IMG/VR virus record: IMGVR_UViG_3300027679_000366
Location: 21,854 to 85,853 of that record
Source of the DNA: a virus
Lineage: Duplodnaviria > Caudoviricetes
Strand: one strand, 5' to 3'
Length of the DNA stretch: 64,000 nt
The position numbers were made by a program, and so were the translations under genes. A model generated the notes under the pieces. The model saw nothing but the letters and a program-made list of their open reading frames with translations, did not search any database and was not told where the DNA came from. Shown in pieces: positions 54,642 through 63,774 of the stretch (its first letter is position 1; every line of letters begins with the position of its first letter).

Positions 54642-55771
54642 TATTCAGCTAGGTTCAAAATGTCTTGGTCAAAAAACTCAATAAGTCCGTCGAAGTGGTC
54701 AAGTAAAGTAGGTGCGACTCGTTCCTTGCCACCAAAATGTTGATATAGTTGAATCAACGCACAAGCATAGGCATCGTCGTCCCATGCGGCTTGATAACCA
54801 TATCGCTGTACAGTCCAACGGCGATGTGCTTCTGTAACAGACTCTTGGAACTGTGACAAGTTACCAAAGCAACTTTGTACCATTGCGGCTAGTTCTTCTT
54901 GGAACTTAGGAGTCAACTTGATCTTAGCACTATCAAACTGGCGGCACAAGTCACGGAACACAAAGAACAGACTAACGTGAACGTTTTCGTAGTGAAAATA
55001 CTTATGGTGCCATTCACATGATTGTTCTACTTCGTCATCATTAAGAGTTTTAAACGTAGCAATGTTAGTAAATGTTCCGGGATACTTAGCCAAGTCACTT
55101 TCGGTCTCAACCGGAAAGCACTCGTACTTTTCAGCAACACTAACCTTCTTTTCAAGATCAACGTCTTCCTGATCAGACTTGTCTTTGTCAATGCGCACGA
55201 TGAAGATACTATTACGCATCTGTTGGTATGCTGACTGCTTTTTCTTGCCCTTGCCGTTAAGAATACTAAATGCACGTCGAGCATAGGCTAGATTATTAGT
55301 TTCAATGTATTGGAATGGAAATTCAAATTCTCTCCAGTCAGTGTGGCCCGGTACTAGACCAGCATCAATTAATGCGGCAACTGTACTAACAGTATGTTGA
55401 CTGTCAATACTAATAAACTTACCTTTGGTAGTTTTAATACACTGAGCTGTTTGTAGCAATGCCGGGTCAAACAAGCCTGGGTCAGCAATGCGATTAGCAC
55501 AATGCTTGTCATCTAATGCACGTTGGATGTCTTCATCAATATCAATCGATCCAAGTTTCTCCATTGAGACTTTTGGCAAGCGTGTAAGGTCAAACTGTTT
55601 GCTTTGGTTAGTCCAAGCCTTGATTGTTTTCTTCCAAGCCGCACTCTTGTTAAGAGTATTAACTCGATCTTGAAGATTAACAGTCTTACCAGATCCACGT
55701 TTGAGAGGATTGATTTTAACCATTGGATTTGGTTTTTTAGTAACGTCCTCGTATTTGAACTTGAATGTCAT
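54641..55771 (-). CDS. ParB/Srx-like (DGQH-type) domain protein
   Basis: IQRALD, ISIDSQHT, AF..LNG. Confidence 0.5.
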   Translation of the reverse strand: MTFKFKYEDVTKKPNPMVKINPLKRGSGKTVNLQDRVNTLNKSAAWKKTIKAWTNQSKQFDLTRLPKVSMEKLGSIDIDEDIQRALDDKHCANRIADPGLFDPALLQTAQCIKTTKGKFISIDSQHTVSTVAALIDAGLVPGHTDWREFEFPFQYIETNNLAYARRAFSILNGKGKKKQSAYQQMRNSIFIVRIDKDKSDQEDVDLEKKVSVAEKYECFPVETESDLAKYPGTFTNIATFKTLNDDEVEQSCEWHHKYFHYENVHVSLFFVFRDLCRQFDSAKIKLTPKFQEELAAMVQSCFGNLSQFQESVTEAHRRWTVQRYGYQAAWDDDAYACALIQLYQHFGGKERVAPTLLDHFDGLIEFFDQDILNLAE

Positions 55772-55799
55772 ACATGCCTCTGTGTGTTAATATGTGTTT

Positions 55800-55828
55800 A
55801 TTATAATGCCATTCCAGAAAGTTGTCAA
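55800..55828 (-). promoter_or_regulatory. sigma70 promoter
   Basis: TTGACA-17 bp-TATAAT. Confidence 0.85.
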
Positions 55829-55832
55829 CTCA

Positions 55833-56057
55833 TTAGAACGCTGATCGATTGTAGACAACGGGCATTTCGCAAATGTATTTCCCATTCCAAAGATGTTTGA
55901 TAGTATTGCAGTCACCGCCTGAAACGGTTGACCCTGCGTGATCGCCAATACTCTTACCTGTGACAGCGTAACTGCCTATACTGGCCACGTTATAAACGGC
56001 ACAGCCGTTTAAGCAACCAAGGCAAAGAATCGCGATAAGAACGCTTCTTGTCTGCAT
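55833..56057 (-). CDS. small lipoprotein
   Basis: LNGC lipobox; TGKS..DH..S...G.DC. Confidence 0.6.
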   Translation of the reverse strand: MQTRSVLIAILCLGCLNGCAVYNVASIGSYAVTGKSIGDHAGSTVSGGDCNTIKHLWNGKYICEMPVVYNRSAF

Positions 56058-56175
56058 GAATAACTTTCCAATGTCTGTGTGTTTTCGTAAAGAACCCATG
56101 GGTCATTATCCCTAAGCTCTATTCCTGTTACTTTAAATAGTAATCCTGATGCGGTACTGAATAAATCACCTAACT

Positions 56176-56460
56176 TCATTGTGTAATCATCCTAATGTAG
56201 GCTACAACATCAATAGTTGAGATTAGCATGTAATTGGCAATCATACCAGTTGAACCTCTAGTCCAAGCGGCCCACGCAAATATACAACATTGTATAATGA
56301 ACAGCGGATATAAAAATATAAACGGAGGATTTGGTAATGTATAACCCATCCATATTGTACAACTGATACTCATGAACCATGCAACTAACTCCAAACTAAA
56401 TCGCAACGGGTACTCATTATAATCTTGTTTAATCCAATTTATAGTGTTTTTAATAGTCAT
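56176..56460 (-). CDS. 3-TM membrane protein
   Basis: Three hydrophobic helices. Confidence 0.6.
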   Translation of the reverse strand: MTIKNTINWIKQDYNEYPLRFSLELVAWFMSISCTIWMGYTLPNPPFIFLYPLFIIQCCIFAWAAWTRGSTGMIANYMLISTIDVVAYIRMITQ

Positions 56461-56471
56461 AGTATAGTTAT

Positions 56472-56501
56472 AAAAAAAGCCCACGACTCTGTGGGCTTTT
56501 T
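56472..56501. terminator. bidirectional intrinsic terminator
   Basis: AAAAAAAGCCCAC-GACTCT-GTGGGCTTTTT. Confidence 0.85.
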
Positions 56502-56518
56502 GACTAAGCAGTATCTAA

Positions 56519-56791
56519 TTAAAGAGTAATGCCCATTGCCTTGGCTTTATAACCTAAGGCAATAATTTCACGTGATGGCTTACCCATAGCGTATTCAGTT
56601 ACCTGAACGCCATTGCCAGCTTTACGTGCATTAGCATAGATCGCATAACCGTTTGAACGGATACGGCTTACTTCTGCGCTAATGTTCTTAACGCCAAAAC
56701 GCTTTTCAGCTTGGCTAGCTGTCAATGTGTCGCCATTGTACAATGCGTTGAAGATCTTGTAAGTCTTAGTTTCTGGATTGAAAAATTTCAT
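56519..56791 (-). CDS. winged-helix DNA-binding protein
   Basis: LTASQAEKRFGVKNISAEVSRIR..GY. Confidence 0.7.
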   Translation of the reverse strand: MKFFNPETKTYKIFNALYNGDTLTASQAEKRFGVKNISAEVSRIRSNGYAIYANARKAGNGVQVTEYAMGKPSREIIALGYKAKAMGITL

Positions 56792-56868
56792 ATTGTTTCC
56801 TTTGTGTTTTATATCAGTGTGTCGGTGCGTATCACCAACGTTTTACTAGTATAGTACAACACAAGATA

Positions 56869-57237
56869 TTAAGCAAGTTCTTTGGCAGAATTTTCGTTAG
56901 ATATTTTTCCAAAAAACTTCTGTGTTGGAAAACGTTTATGGGCTTCAATCAGCAAGCTACTCAAATCTGGTGCTTGGGCAACAAATTGTTTGGTATCTTT
57001 AATGTAAGCATAAAGTCCGTTGCCAACTTGTTCAATGAACAATTCAGTGCCTTCTGCACTAACAATGCCATCGTCCTCTTCCTCGTTTATCTTTTTGATC
57101 TTGTTAAGCATGTCAATAACACGTTCTGGATTTTCGCTGATATTGGCTAGAAAGATAATACCCCTAGCATGCCAACCAATCCAAAATGCAACTACGGCCA
57201 CGACAATGTATATTAAAAAGTCCATAAGAATCTCCAA
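56869..57237 (-). CDS. membrane-anchored hypothetical protein
   Basis: N-terminal TM; C-terminal FVAQ motif. Confidence 0.55.
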   Translation of the reverse strand: MEILMDFLIYIVVAVVAFWIGWHARGIIFLANISENPERVIDMLNKIKKINEEEDDGIVSAEGTELFIEQVGNGLYAYIKDTKQFVAQAPDLSSLLIEAHKRFPTQKFFGKISNENSAKELA

Positions 57238-57246
57238 TTGGTAAGT

Positions 57247-57591
57247 TTATTTAATCAATTCTAAGTTAATAATTTTGGCTACCCTAGACCCTACATCTTC
57301 TCCGCTGGGGATCACGTAAGTTTGGCTATCGTGTCGATCCTTACGGTCGTCATATCTGCGCACATTCAAGATGCGGCCACCTACTGCTGATGTCAGTTCA
57401 AAGGTGATTCGATCTTGTCCTTCGGCATTGCCGCGTTCTACCATTGCTGTTGTACCCATACCTATTGCCATTTGTTTGTTATTTTTTAGCCAGCTGTTTT
57501 GTGGTTCTTCGTATTCGCATTTGTTTTCCCACATATGACGAACTTTGGTGTAAAGCCATTTATCAAAGATCTTCATCATCTGAGCTTTCAT
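57247..57591 (-). CDS. hypothetical protein
   Basis: AVGGRIL...YVIP motif. Confidence 0.55.
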   Translation of the reverse strand: MKAQMMKIFDKWLYTKVRHMWENKCEYEEPQNSWLKNNKQMAIGMGTTAMVERGNAEGQDRITFELTSAVGGRILNVRRYDDRKDRHDSQTYVIPSGEDVGSRVAKIINLELIK

Positions 57592-57763
57592 CTACGATTG
57601 CTACTTTTCCATGTCCTGATAGCAGATTATGGACTAGCTGTGTTTTACCTTCAGCCCATTCCTGATCACTCAGTCCATGCCATCCTACACATTTACCCGT
57701 TGGGCTACGGCCACAGCCGCAGTTACCAAACTCTTTGGGGTTTTCAGTTGCTCTTATTTGCAT
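57563..57763 (-). CDS. CDGSH-like iron-sulfur domain protein
   Basis: CGCGRSPTGKCVGWH resembles CxCxxS...CDGSH. Confidence 0.55.
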   Translation of the reverse strand: MQIRATENPKEFGNCGCGRSPTGKCVGWHGLSDQEWAEGKTQLVHNLLSGHGKVAIVDESSDDEDL

Positions 57764-57929
57764 TTTTAATCCTCTCTATAATTAGTTTTGCTTCGCTGAA
57801 CTCACCATCTTCAAGATAGTGTTCAATCAGTTGTTCCATTTGCTGGTGTAAGCCACGCAGGTACGGGCGTTGGTGCGCCGTTGAATATGGTTGTGTCCAT
57901 TTAATAGTGTATAAATGTCTAGGTTCCAT
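57744..57929 (-). CDS. hypothetical protein
   Basis: Overlapping ORF in operon. Confidence 0.45.
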   Translation of the reverse strand: MEPRHLYTIKWTQPYSTAHQRPYLRGLHQQMEQLIEHYLEDGEFSEAKLIIERIKNANKSN

Positions 57930-58392
57930 TAGTATGATCCTTTGTTAGTGCTGATACAAATAAAAACTTTTCGTATGCTTTACGAACAGTTGGGTTAGTT
58001 AACAGTTTGTCTGCCTCTACCTGCATGGCCTTGATACCGGCCTCGGCTGCTTCTCTATAACTACACCACTCAAGGGCATACTGATCTTTACCAAATGCCT
58101 TGGCCAATGCCTTCCATGCTTTTAACTGTGCTGGAGTTAATGGCTGATCACGTTCAGGAACACGCAACTTACTTGCCTCCATGATGCTGTTACTAATAGC
58201 ATCTTCGGCAACTCGGGCCGCGGCTATCATTGGAGCATAAGCTGGATCAATGTTGAACCTACGACTTGATCCACCAGGGTACACATCAACCAAGTGTGTG
58301 CCTTTGGGAAAGCTGTCGCAGAACTCCGAACTATAGGTACTGTGCGGAATGTACTTGCGACCTTTTTTGATATAGAAGATTGTTTCTGTCAT
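57919..58392 (-). CDS. hypothetical protein (leaderless)
   Basis: ATG 5 nt after TATAAT. Confidence 0.6.
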   Translation of the reverse strand: MTETIFYIKKGRKYIPHSTYSSEFCDSFPKGTHLVDVYPGGSSRRFNIDPAYAPMIAAARVAEDAISNSIMEASKLRVPERDQPLTPAQLKAWKALAKAFGKDQYALEWCSYREAAEAGIKAMQVEADKLLTNPTVRKAYEKFLFVSALTKDHTNGT

Positions 58393-58397
58393 GCTGT

Positions 58398-58426
58398 ATT
58401 ATACTATCATTATGATTATATGTCAA
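58398..58426 (-). promoter_or_regulatory. sigma70 promoter
   Basis: TTGACA-17 bp-TATAAT. Confidence 0.85.
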
Positions 58427-58772
58427 TCACAGTGTTGCCCCATTTGAGCGTCCACCAAGTGTAATCAACATCTTTGAGTTTGGCTACAATAGCATATTTG
58501 TATCCGTAACTAGCAACATCTGCCATTCGGTGCCATTCTGGAGTATCCACAGCCCGTTCCATTATCCATTCACCCATTTCACTTTGTTGCCAAGCCAATA
58601 ATGGTTCAGCCGCATACAAGTCTGGATCTTCAACATCGCCCATTCTAAATCGGTGTACAATAACTGTGTGTATTTCGTGTACCCGATCACCAAATACCAT
58701 AAACTTATCAATTACACGTTTTTCTTTTGGGCTGGCCATTGGGCCATTACTGGCTTGACTATAGTTGGCCAA
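58416..58772 (-). CDS. conserved phage protein, C-terminal WxLKW motif
   Basis: MGDVEDPDLYAAEP...TWWTLKWG. Confidence 0.6.
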   Translation of the reverse strand: MANYSQASNGPMASPKEKRVIDKFMVFGDRVHEIHTVIVHRFRMGDVEDPDLYAAEPLLAWQQSEMGEWIMERAVDTPEWHRMADVASYGYKYAIVAKLKDVDYTWWTLKWGNTVIDI

Positions 58773-59259
58773 GCTCTTTCTCTAACCACGGCTTGCAGTT
58801 AGTCCAAGTGGTATACACGTGGGCCTTGCCGCCTCGAGCTTCCCATTCTTCGCAATTTGAATGCCTGTCATCAATCAGGATATCTCCTGAGTTTTTACAG
58901 TGTCGCCATTTGTCGTAGCTGAATGGCCCGATGGTAACTGGTATGCCTGGGAAGTGTTGGTCTCCCCAATGTACTTTATCATACACCGCCAACGGCATTG
59001 AATAGTCGTGTGGTAGTGCTGTTAGGAATCGTAGTGTGTACTGCGGATTTTGAGCAATATATTCTTTGCACATGCCAACCAGCTCATGTGCGCCTTCCAT
59101 TAATGGCAAGTCACGATAAAAGCGCAGGTCTTCTTTGAGTTTATCCCATTCCGCTTGAGGAATACGGTCACTGTCTTTGTTAACACGTAGCTTCAATATA
59201 TCCTGTGCTCGTTCTTGCCAGGCGGCAACCACATCATCCATGTCTAAAAATATGTTCAT
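58759..59259 (-). CDS. 5'(3')-deoxyribonucleotidase (HAD)
   Basis: FLDMDDVV, ILIDDR..NC.EW...GG. Confidence 0.85.
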   Translation of the reverse strand: MNIFLDMDDVVAAWQERAQDILKLRVNKDSDRIPQAEWDKLKEDLRFYRDLPLMEGAHELVGMCKEYIAQNPQYTLRFLTALPHDYSMPLAVYDKVHWGDQHFPGIPVTIGPFSYDKWRHCKNSGDILIDDRHSNCEEWEARGGKAHVYTTWTNCKPWLEKELGQL

Positions 59260-59870
59260 AATTTTAATCTAGCGGCAAAGTCTCCTGAGCTGCCTAGTGT
59301 ACCTTTTATAAAAGAGTTAAAGCATAATACAATACGAGTTTCATCTAATTGGTTAGGGCCTGCGCTATGTTGTAAGTTGCTGGGAAATATAACCAGTGTA
59401 CCTGTGTCTACTGGAATCCACCAATCATCGCTGTTGTAAATATTATTTGTTTTTATATTATATGTGAACGGCCAGTGTTTTGTAAAGTGATTTTGTCCAT
59501 GCAGATTAAATTTATTATCTGGACTTGATTTCAAATACAAGCATCCACTAAACAAACTGTTTGGATGATTGTGTGGGGGATGATCAACACCCGGGGGATT
59601 ACGTGACATCCAACTGGTTGTTATACGTATATCGTTGTCATAGCCACATATATTTGACACATATAACTGTAAATGCTGTTCACATAGTTTGCGTATGTTA
59701 GCAAGATCTGGACGATCTAATACATCAATGTTTTGGCTCAATCCACAGTCAGGACCAAGGCCAGGTAGTTGTTCTAATTCTGTTAATGTACTGTCTAATA
59801 CACTAAGATTTAACCCAAACTGTACATATACCGGCGCAGAGAATAAAGGATATATTACTGGTGCTTGCAT
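59256..59870 (-). CDS. 2OG-Fe(II) oxygenase-like protein
   Basis: SW, HNHPNSLFSG.LY, FPS.LQH, RI..CFN. Confidence 0.8.
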   Translation of the reverse strand: MQAPVIYPLFSAPVYVQFGLNLSVLDSTLTELEQLPGLGPDCGLSQNIDVLDRPDLANIRKLCEQHLQLYVSNICGYDNDIRITTSWMSRNPPGVDHPPHNHPNSLFSGCLYLKSSPDNKFNLHGQNHFTKHWPFTYNIKTNNIYNSDDWWIPVDTGTLVIFPSNLQHSAGPNQLDETRIVLCFNSFIKGTLGSSGDFAARLKL

Positions 59871-61285
59871 TACATCCCCCATCGAAGTATAAACCAATCT
59901 CTCTTTGACGCGGTATTAAATTCAAGTAGACGATCATCTCTATTAACCTTAGCACCAAACTTTTCCAATACCCAACGATCTATTGTCATGTTAGGAAACT
60001 CTTTGTTCCAATGTATATTATCATAATAGTAATCAGCAATTTGATTCCATACGCTTTCTTCAAATCTAGTTGTTATCATAGCCACCTCAGTGCAAACCAA
60101 TTTGCATCTTCTTCCTGTTCAAATATCCAAACTAATCCCATGTTTTCAACTGGGCCTTTGATATGTTTTGCTGTCCACGCATCTACTTCAAGTCCCATTT
60201 CCCATGTCATTGGACTGAGTATAACCTTGCGCCACCCTAGTTCACAAAGCATATCGGCTAGAATTTGAAAGTCTATTTCATCAGCCATTCGTTTGCCAGC
60301 TCGATTAATAATATCTTCTTCTATATTCATTTCATATACTTTATTTGAAAAAATAAAAATCGTTTAGGATCCACAACATCGTAGTATTGTGTGTAGTTAC
60401 CTGATCCATCTAGACCCATGCGAAGTCCGTATTTTTGTTCTACCCAATAAGGCATTGTGGGGCCGGTCATTTCAGCATTGTTTCCCACAGCTTCTCTATA
60501 CTCGCTACGCACAGCATGTAGAGCTCCCCAATATTGTTTACGTTGTTCTGTCTTCATTCCATCCACCGTAATACAAACCAATTAAGATCTTTCTCTTCTA
60601 GAAACCAAAACTTACTGTCGTTAGCATACCAACGCTGATTTGGTTCTGGCGCAAGATTCTTCCGCTCTTTCCATAGACTGCCAGTAGGACCAAATCGTTG
60701 ATAGCACCACAGTTCCATGTCGGGCCAGTTGTAACAAAACATAGGCGGCATTATTGTATAGTATCGTTTTCCGTAAATAGTACCGTTACTTATTGCCCAA
60801 GCCATTGTCATACATCCTTAGGATCTGGTCTTGGAATGCTATCACTCCATTTGAGGATAAACCATTCTCTATGTGCTTCTTTTTTAAATGACCACAAACG
60901 ATCAGTCATGCTCATGCCAACACCTTCAGCATTGGCCCAAGCAATCATCTCCTCAAGTAGTTCAGGAGGCAATTGGTCTTTTTCAAATACAAGGCCCGGC
61001 AATCTAAACATGCCCACTTCACAGTTTTCCATCTTTATTCCCTATTACTTCACTAAACTTTAACAAGAACATTGTACGTTTGTTTTCACTATAAAAATCT
61101 AAATGTATTTGGTATTCACCATAACCACCGTCTGGTTTTATTACCCATTCATTATGCTCTCTGACTGTAAATCCTAATACACGTTTCATCTTATCCCTAA
61201 TCATAAACATAGTTTTAGGGTGTTCTGTTTGTAACTCTTTGCGAATTGTTTTCCATTGATCAACAGTTAGTATTACGGGTTTCAT
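59870..61285 (-). CDS. tandem array of six small paralog-like ORFs (59870-60079, 60076-60330, 60327-60557, 60554-60811, 60808-61032, 61019-61285)
   Basis: Shared C-terminal F...WFxL[RK]W-type motif; overlapping start/stop codons. Confidence 0.65.
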
Positions 61286-61692
61286 CGTGTTTGATTAGCA
61301 ATACTAGTGTAACCCTTGTGTGTGGGGTGTACTCGATCTGGACTAAGTTCATGATTACGAGCTTCGATAACATGATCGTGATATTTGTTAGCCACTGCCC
61401 ATACTGCCTTGCGCTTGTCTTCTTTGATAGCTGGCACAATCCAATAGACACGGTCTGCCTTGACCAATTGGCGTAGCGTATCAAGTTCTTCAAATGTATT
61501 AATGTTCTTAGTATCGTTACTGCCCAAACTGATAATAATAGTTTTAGCCTGATTGTTGCCGTTAGTGTGCCATAAATGTCGATTAACATAGTCGTAACTG
61601 TTGATACCACTCTTGGCACGAGTTGTACATTCCTGTCGAATCTGTCCTACACCCACTGCTAGGCTATCGCCCATGATCAAACAATCTAACAT
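61282..61692 (-). CDS. SGNH/GDSL hydrolase
   Basis: GDSLA, LGSND, DRVHP. Confidence 0.85.
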   Translation of the reverse strand: MLDCLIMGDSLAVGVGQIRQECTTRAKSGINSYDYVNRHLWHTNGNNQAKTIIISLGSNDTKNINTFEELDTLRQLVKADRVYWIVPAIKEDKRKAVWAVANKYHDHVIEARNHELSPDRVHPTHKGYTSIANQTR

Positions 61693-61937
61693 CTCATATC
61701 TCCATGACGTGTGTCGTATATACTTAATTCTAAACTGTAGCCTACAAGCCCTAACATGACAGACACACCCGGGTGGTCACCTGTAAATGACAAACTAAAA
61801 TTGATGTCAATTATGTGATGTGTTCGATATCCGTTAAACTCCCAGGCTTTGTGTTTGGCTAGTAGCCCTGACTTACCAAATAGAAAACGCCAACGTGTAC
61901 TCCACGGATTGGTTACGTTAAAGTTAAGATTGAACAT
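61686..61937 (-). CDS. hypothetical protein
   Basis: HKAWE...DHPG...YDTRH. Confidence 0.5.
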   Translation of the reverse strand: MFNLNFNVTNPWSTRWRFLFGKSGLLAKHKAWEFNGYRTHHIIDINFSLSFTGDHPGVSVMLGLVGYSLELSIYDTRHGDMRC

Positions 61938-62400
61938 ATTCCACCAGTGTAGCACTGCCGCCTGCTTGGGCCATGCGTTCAGCAAACCGTTCTAACATAG
62001 GAATGATACGCTCTGCATCACCTCCTGCTAGACCCATACCAATCATTGGAAGTCCGATGCGCCATTTGCCAAAGCGGCTGGCAATCTTGTCCAGCACACG
62101 TTCAAAGGCTGTGTATTCAAATACATCTCTTCCTGTGTTGCTTGTTCCATATTGGGTATAGGCATTAAGAATAACCAATCGACCACTCATGCCAATTGTG
62201 TACGTACCTAGCTTGCCAGGGTCACCACGTACAGTCTCAGCATCCGCTAAGTTCGCATCTGGAAACTGTTGTGCAATCTGTGCGGCGATACCTGCGCCCA
62301 TTGTACAAAAACAATTACACCCATGTACAATGATGTCAAAGTCGTTAGCCTTGCCCATGGCAATCAAGTTGCCCTTTACTACTGTTAAACTGCTAGCCAT
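61924..62400 (-). CDS. macrodomain (ADP-ribose-binding/hydrolase, T4 Tk.4-like)
   Basis: GNL, HGCNC...MGAGIA, NAYTQ, P.IG.GLAGG. Confidence 0.88.
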   Translation of the reverse strand: MASSLTVVKGNLIAMGKANDFDIIVHGCNCFCTMGAGIAAQIAQQFPDANLADAETVRGDPGKLGTYTIGMSGRLVILNAYTQYGTSNTGRDVFEYTAFERVLDKIASRFGKWRIGLPMIGMGLAGGDAERIIPMLERFAERMAQAGGSATLVEYVQS

Positions 62401-62448
62401 ACTAATCCTAAATAAGTTAATGAATGTGCCAATAAGATAAACAGGCTA

Positions 62449-62622
62449 TCAAACATTGTTTTTATATAACCTATAGTTGATGTATACCAGTGCAAAGTTA
62501 AACAGAGCAAAGCCGTAACTTTCACGTAACAGTGCATCAATGCCGGCAAACACTAGCCAGCCAATAATAAACCAAGTAATCTCTACGCTGTAACTGCGAT
62601 ACCATTGTACAAATTTATCCAT
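62449..62622 (-). CDS. small 2-TM protein
   Basis: Manual translation MDKFVQWYRSYSVEITWFIIGWLV... Confidence 0.5.
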   Translation of the reverse strand: MDKFVQWYRSYSVEITWFIIGWLVFAGIDALLRESYGFALFNFALVYINYRLYKNNV

Positions 62623-62777
62623 TATACATTCCTTTGTTGATGTCGATATTCTCGTTTGAGCCAGTACTTGTACATTTGAAAGTACCCGTCGGCAGTATAA
62701 GATGGAGTCTGCCCATAGGCTTCAAGCTCATCTTTATGCTCGAACCATTTTTCTCTGCACCACGTTCTAAAGTTCAT
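62622..62777 (-). CDS. small hypothetical protein
   Basis: AAGGAG SD; MNFRTWCREKWFEH...YWLKREYR. Confidence 0.55.
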   Translation of the reverse strand: MNFRTWCREKWFEHKDELEAYGQTPSYTADGYFQMYKYWLKREYRHQQRNV

Positions 62778-62800
62778 ACTGGCTCCTTTTACTTACTGTA

Positions 62801-62829
62801 ATTATACGGCCATTAGACCAGCTTGTCAA
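62801..62829 (-). promoter_or_regulatory. sigma70 promoter
   Basis: TTGACA-17 bp-TATAAT. Confidence 0.85.
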
Positions 62830-63055
62830 CATGTGAGAGCACCAAAAAGGTTGCCCATTTGTTGTTGCGACATCTAAGTGTATATGTGTCTTTGCCTGCA
62901 CTGACAATAAACCAATCTTTGTAACGCACACCCAAATGGTTGTCACACCATGAATAAAAGTCTTTGAACTCCGGTGAATAGCTCTTGCCTAATTTAACTT
63001 TGATCGAATAGTCAAACCGTTCTAAGTAATCTTGATTAGGCGGAAAGTTTATCAT
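62813..63055 (-). CDS. small hypothetical protein (array-like family)
   Basis: WC...G...W...ATFLVL. Confidence 0.5.
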   Translation of the reverse strand: MINFPPNQDYLERFDYSIKVKLGKSYSPEFKDFYSWCDNHLGVRYKDWFIVSAGKDTYTLRCRNNKWATFLVLSHVDKLV

Positions 63056-63401
63056 GTTCTACAAATCGGGCTAGTAACTCAAAGTCGTCTTGGGCCTTCT
63101 TTAACTTTTCCAATGCCTTCATCAGTGCTGGATTGTTTTGGGCCAGGGTAAGTCTGTTCATGGCCATGGTACGTTGTGCTCTGGCCCATTGCAATAAATC
63201 CTGTGTGTCTTGATCTAAACTCACAGTGGCATAACTGCTGGGTAGTGATTGCCAGCCTGTGCCATTGAATACTTCTAAGTCTGTGTTGTTAATACGTATC
63301 ATACCCTGGACAGGGTTGCTAGGATTTGCGCTAACGTAGGGCAAACTAGTATCACCACCTGATACTGTAACTCCGCAGGTGCCCATTAAGCCTTTAATCA
63401 T
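63036..63401 (-). CDS. conserved phage protein
   Basis: GMIR.N...LEVFNG..W...LLQWAR. Confidence 0.55.
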   Translation of the reverse strand: MIKGLMGTCGVTVSGGDTSLPYVSANPSNPVQGMIRINNTDLEVFNGTGWQSLPSSYATVSLDQDTQDLLQWARAQRTMAMNRLTLAQNNPALMKALEKLKKAQDDFELLARFVEHDKLSA

Positions 63402-63403
63402 TG

Positions 63404-63580
63404 TTACACCATCTCATCTATGTTGGCACCCTTGCCTGGATCCTTGGGACGCATCTGCTTTATTTCTTCCTGTCTATCAGTAATCACTTTGAGTTGTTGC
63501 TGTTTGATTGTTTGTTGTTGTGTCAGCTTGGCCAACTCAATGTTGTGTGCTACAGCTGGATCGATTCTGTCTACTTTCAT
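63404..63580 (-). CDS. small hypothetical protein
   Basis: MKVDRIDP...KGANIDEMV; ATGA coupling. Confidence 0.45.
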   Translation of the reverse strand: MKVDRIDPAVAHNIELAKLTQQQTIKQQQLKVITDRQEEIKQMRPKDPGKGANIDEMV

Positions 63581-63774
63581 TTCTTAAACCTCGGCATCAC
63601 ATTGTGTCCTGTGTATTGAAACGAGTCCAGCATGGGCAATAAGCCAGCCAAATCGTCGGCAGGATGTCGTTGTATCACAGGATGACGATCACCATCAGTC
63701 AGCATGAAGTACAGTTTCTCTGTGCCTTCTTCAATTTGATATTCAAAGATATATTCTAAGTCTTCAAGAGTCAT
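63577..63774 (-). CDS. small hypothetical protein
   Basis: ORF in operon. Confidence 0.45.
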   Translation of the reverse strand: MTLEDLEYIFEYQIEEGTEKLYFMLTDGDRHPVIQRHPADDLAGLLPMLDSFQYTGHNVMPRFKK

